From the human T2T-CHM13v2.0 reference genome, Homo sapiens, in NCBI RefSeq assembly GCF_009914755.1, contig NC_060927.1: a stretch of DNA of 64,000 nt; one strand, given 5' to 3'. Under the pieces are notes generated by a model. That model saw nothing but the letters and a program-made list of their open reading frames with translations, was not told the origin of the DNA and searched no databases. This document shows, piece by piece, positions 61,105-64,000 of the stretch. The number at the start of each line of letters is the position of its first letter. The first letter of the stretch is position 1. The translations under genes and the position numbers were made by a program.

Positions 61105-62269
61105 GGGAAAGACAACTTTTAAAAGAGTGGTATAGTTTATTCTATAGGAAAATTGGACCAGTTAGAGAAAAAATAAATAAATTACCAAAATGTTACGGTT
61201 TAAAAGTTGTAGCAGAGTTAAAGTAACTTCATTTTGGAGTAGAAAAGATATGAGTGTGTTTTTAGACAATTGAAGGGACTAAATAGGAAGGAAAACAAGG
61301 ATGTCGAGAGTCCCAAGAGAGTCAGGAAAGATAGTATTAAGATCCTAGAAGGATCAGGATTTGGAGACTTGAGTGAAGAACGAGAGTGAGGATAATGAGA
61401 GTTTTGAGACAAAAGGAATTTGAGAAGTTTTACCTAGGGAAGCCTCAGTTTTCTAGGTAAAGTAGAGCATAAAATCACACGCTAAGAAATGGGCAGCAGT
61501 GAAAATGCCTGACTGAAGTTGATGTAGCGTACATTTGTATTGATAGTACCATTTGGTGATTTTCTCATTTCTTTCAACACATATGTGTTAAGCATTTACT
61601 GTGTACTAAGCACTATACAAGATCCTTGGGATTCTATCTGTAAACAAACAAAACTCCCTGTCCTTTTGGAGGTTACATATGACTGGGGTAAGGGGAGAAA
61701 AACAAATAATATTTTAAAATAAACATATGAGGTAAATAGAGCTACCTGGGTCTGGGAACCAAGAAAGCAAATGGGAAGATTAGCCAGACATAACTGCAAT
61801 TTTATATTGCATATCATATTCTGATTTAAGATAGAAATAATTTTATTTTTATACAGCTCATTGTAGAATCTAGCTTGCTTAAACTAAGACAAGAAGAGTA
61901 TGGGTGTGGTGGAGCCTTTGTGTACTTAGATTGTAGCTATGAAAGAAATCTATATTTACATTTAAGAGGGAATTCATTAATTTAGGACAACTTTATAATT
62001 ATGTTATATAGTTATTTCAGGGCCTTTGACAAGAGAAAAGATGGTGAACTGTCATATAATAACAAATTAAATATTTATTTGGTTAAGAAAAAGAAAATTT
62101 GCATCTTATTTCCAAAAAGATGATTTTTAACTACATAGAAATTTGTTATATTTAAAAGCTTTAAAGATCTATATAGAGTTGAAGATCTCTTTTTAATAAT
62201 GAATAAGTTCATTCTTTTGGTAATCATTTTTTTATATTCTCCTCTCATGGCCCTTTTTAATTTCAACAG

Positions 62270-62982
62270 GCATTGGAAAAGTGAAAAGAAAACCTAGTGT
62301 GCCAGATTCTGCATCTCCTGCTGATGATAGTTTTGTTGACCCAGGGGAACGTCTCTATGACCTCAACATGCCCGCTTATGTGAAATTTAACTACATGGCT
62401 GAGAGAGAGGATGAATTATCATTGATAAAGGGGACAAAGGTGATCGTCATGGAGAAATGCAGTGATGGGTGGTGGCGTGGTAGCTACAATGGACAAGTTG
62501 GATGGTTCCCTTCAAACTATGTAACTGAAGAAGGTGACAGTCCTTTGGGTGACCATGTGGGTTCTCTGTCAGAGAAATTAGCAGCAGTCGTCAATAACCT
62601 AAATACTGGGCAAGTGTTGCATGTGGTACAGGCTCTTTACCCATTCAGCTCATCTAATGATGAAGAACTTAATTTCGAGAAAGGAGATGTAATGGATGTT
62701 ATTGAAAAACCTGAAAATGACCCAGAGTGGTGGAAATGCAGGAAGATCAATGGTATGGTTGGTCTAGTACCAAAAAACTATGTTACCGTTATGCAGAATA
62801 ATCCATTAACTTCAGGTTTGGAACCATCACCTCCACAGTGTGATTACATTAGGCCTTCACTCACTGGAAAGTTTGCTGGCAATCCTTGGTATTATGGCAA
62901 AGTCACCAGGCATCAAGCAGAAATGGCATTAAATGAAAGAGGACATGAAGGGGATTTCCTCATTCGTGATAGTGAATCTTCG
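62270..62982 (+). CDS. NCK1: NCK1 internal coding exon (713 nt): linker, SH3-2, SH3-3 and start of SH2
   Basis: Acceptor tttcaacag ends at 62269, donor TCG|gtaag at 62982/62983. Translation [14 protein letters not shown]...[17 protein letters not shown]...[16 protein letters not shown]...[33 protein letters not shown]. 226+713 = 939 nt = 313 codons, in frame with the upstream exon. Confidence 0.98.
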
Positions 62983-64000
62983 GTAAGTTGATTTTCGGAG
63001 GTAAATACAAATAGAGCTCTGGGTATTTTAAAAAAAAGAGAGAGAGAAATGGAGAGGTTAAGTGGCTTCCCTAAAGTTAACCAGGTAACAAGCTGGGACG
63101 TAACATAAGCATAAATGTTCCAAAGCTAAAGTCCGCATTCTTTCTAGCTATCTATTTTGAATAAAAGAGAGCTGTGGCAGTGTTGCTACACACTGAATTA
63201 TTTCGTCTTGTCTAGTTCTGTTGATTTTGCATTCCTGATATATTTTCTGTTTCTGTTGCATTAAACTAAATGGAGAAAATGGAACACTGGCCTCTTCATT
63301 GAGAGTAGAATAATACTATAGATTAAACTGGGAAACATTTAAAAAATTGCTATGAAGGTAGTCACTGTAGTCCTTATGACATAGGAAATCCCTGAATTTA
63401 AAAAATTGATATTAAGTTTCTTCATAAATTGGTTACTTGGAAATTGGAATGCACTTTTATTATAACCTCAAAAAACCTATTTTAGCAGTGTTTGAAATGC
63501 ATTTGCAATAAAAGATAAATTATATTGCAATACTAGTAAACAATAAAACTATAAAACCATAAAAGTTGAAAAATAATATGGTTTCATGGTCTCTTTTAGA
63601 TACTGCTTAGGATATTAGAATTTGATGACACTCATTTTCCTTAAAAATGGCCTTTCTTTTTCCTTGATGAAAGATATCACTACTTTTCCATTTATTAAAT
63701 CATGGTTAATCTTGGCTTTGCGTGAGTATATTTGTACAAAAGGGAATGTGTAATTGCACAAAATTTTGAAAGAAAATGTGTGGAAGTGGGGTGTGGTGGG
63801 GAGAGAGATTAATTGAACTTCCTGATGTGAAGTTCAGGAAAATGGGGCCTGTGCCTAATCCCTCAGAAAAGCAGTTGGTTGGCAGTAGGGAAGAGTGATG
63901 ACATCCATTTTCTGTTAGTTGCCTGATCTGGCTCACTGTTTGAAACTTTGGGAGTAACTGTAGAAAAAGAGGCTTTGGGGGTTGATATAGACTGTAACAA

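Noticed and set aside
62281-62991. ORF-track protein starting MKRKPS
   Set aside because: The 'start' is an internal GTG (Val80); the true boundaries are splice sites at 62270 and 62982.

Overview
Primate (almost certainly human) genomic DNA from inside the NCK1 gene, on the + strand. The window starts in the long first intron. It contains the first coding exon (44686-44929, SH3 domain 1), an alternative first coding exon missed by the ORF track (47263-47296, MDWLNVFKDFF), and the large exon encoding SH3-2, SH3-3 and the start of SH2 (62270-62982). It ends in the next intron. The rest is mostly interspersed repeats: about 43 Alu/FAM/FLAM copies (about 40 on the minus strand), several L1s, a solo LTR12C, MaLR LTRs, an ERVL integrase/dUTPase relic, and DNA transposons (MER2, MER30, MER82, MER85). 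One L1 is end-to-end with an intact 15-bp TSD and carries a RAD51AP1 processed pseudogene, which itself carries an Alu. I see no convincing new multi-gene system. The most unusual features are several locally templated, mostly inverted, insertions (about 9.2, 19.4, 33.1 and 40.4 kb) that look like fossil template-switch repair scars. Repeat subfamily names and parent-protein comparisons are from memory, not a search, and most repeat boundaries are approximate.
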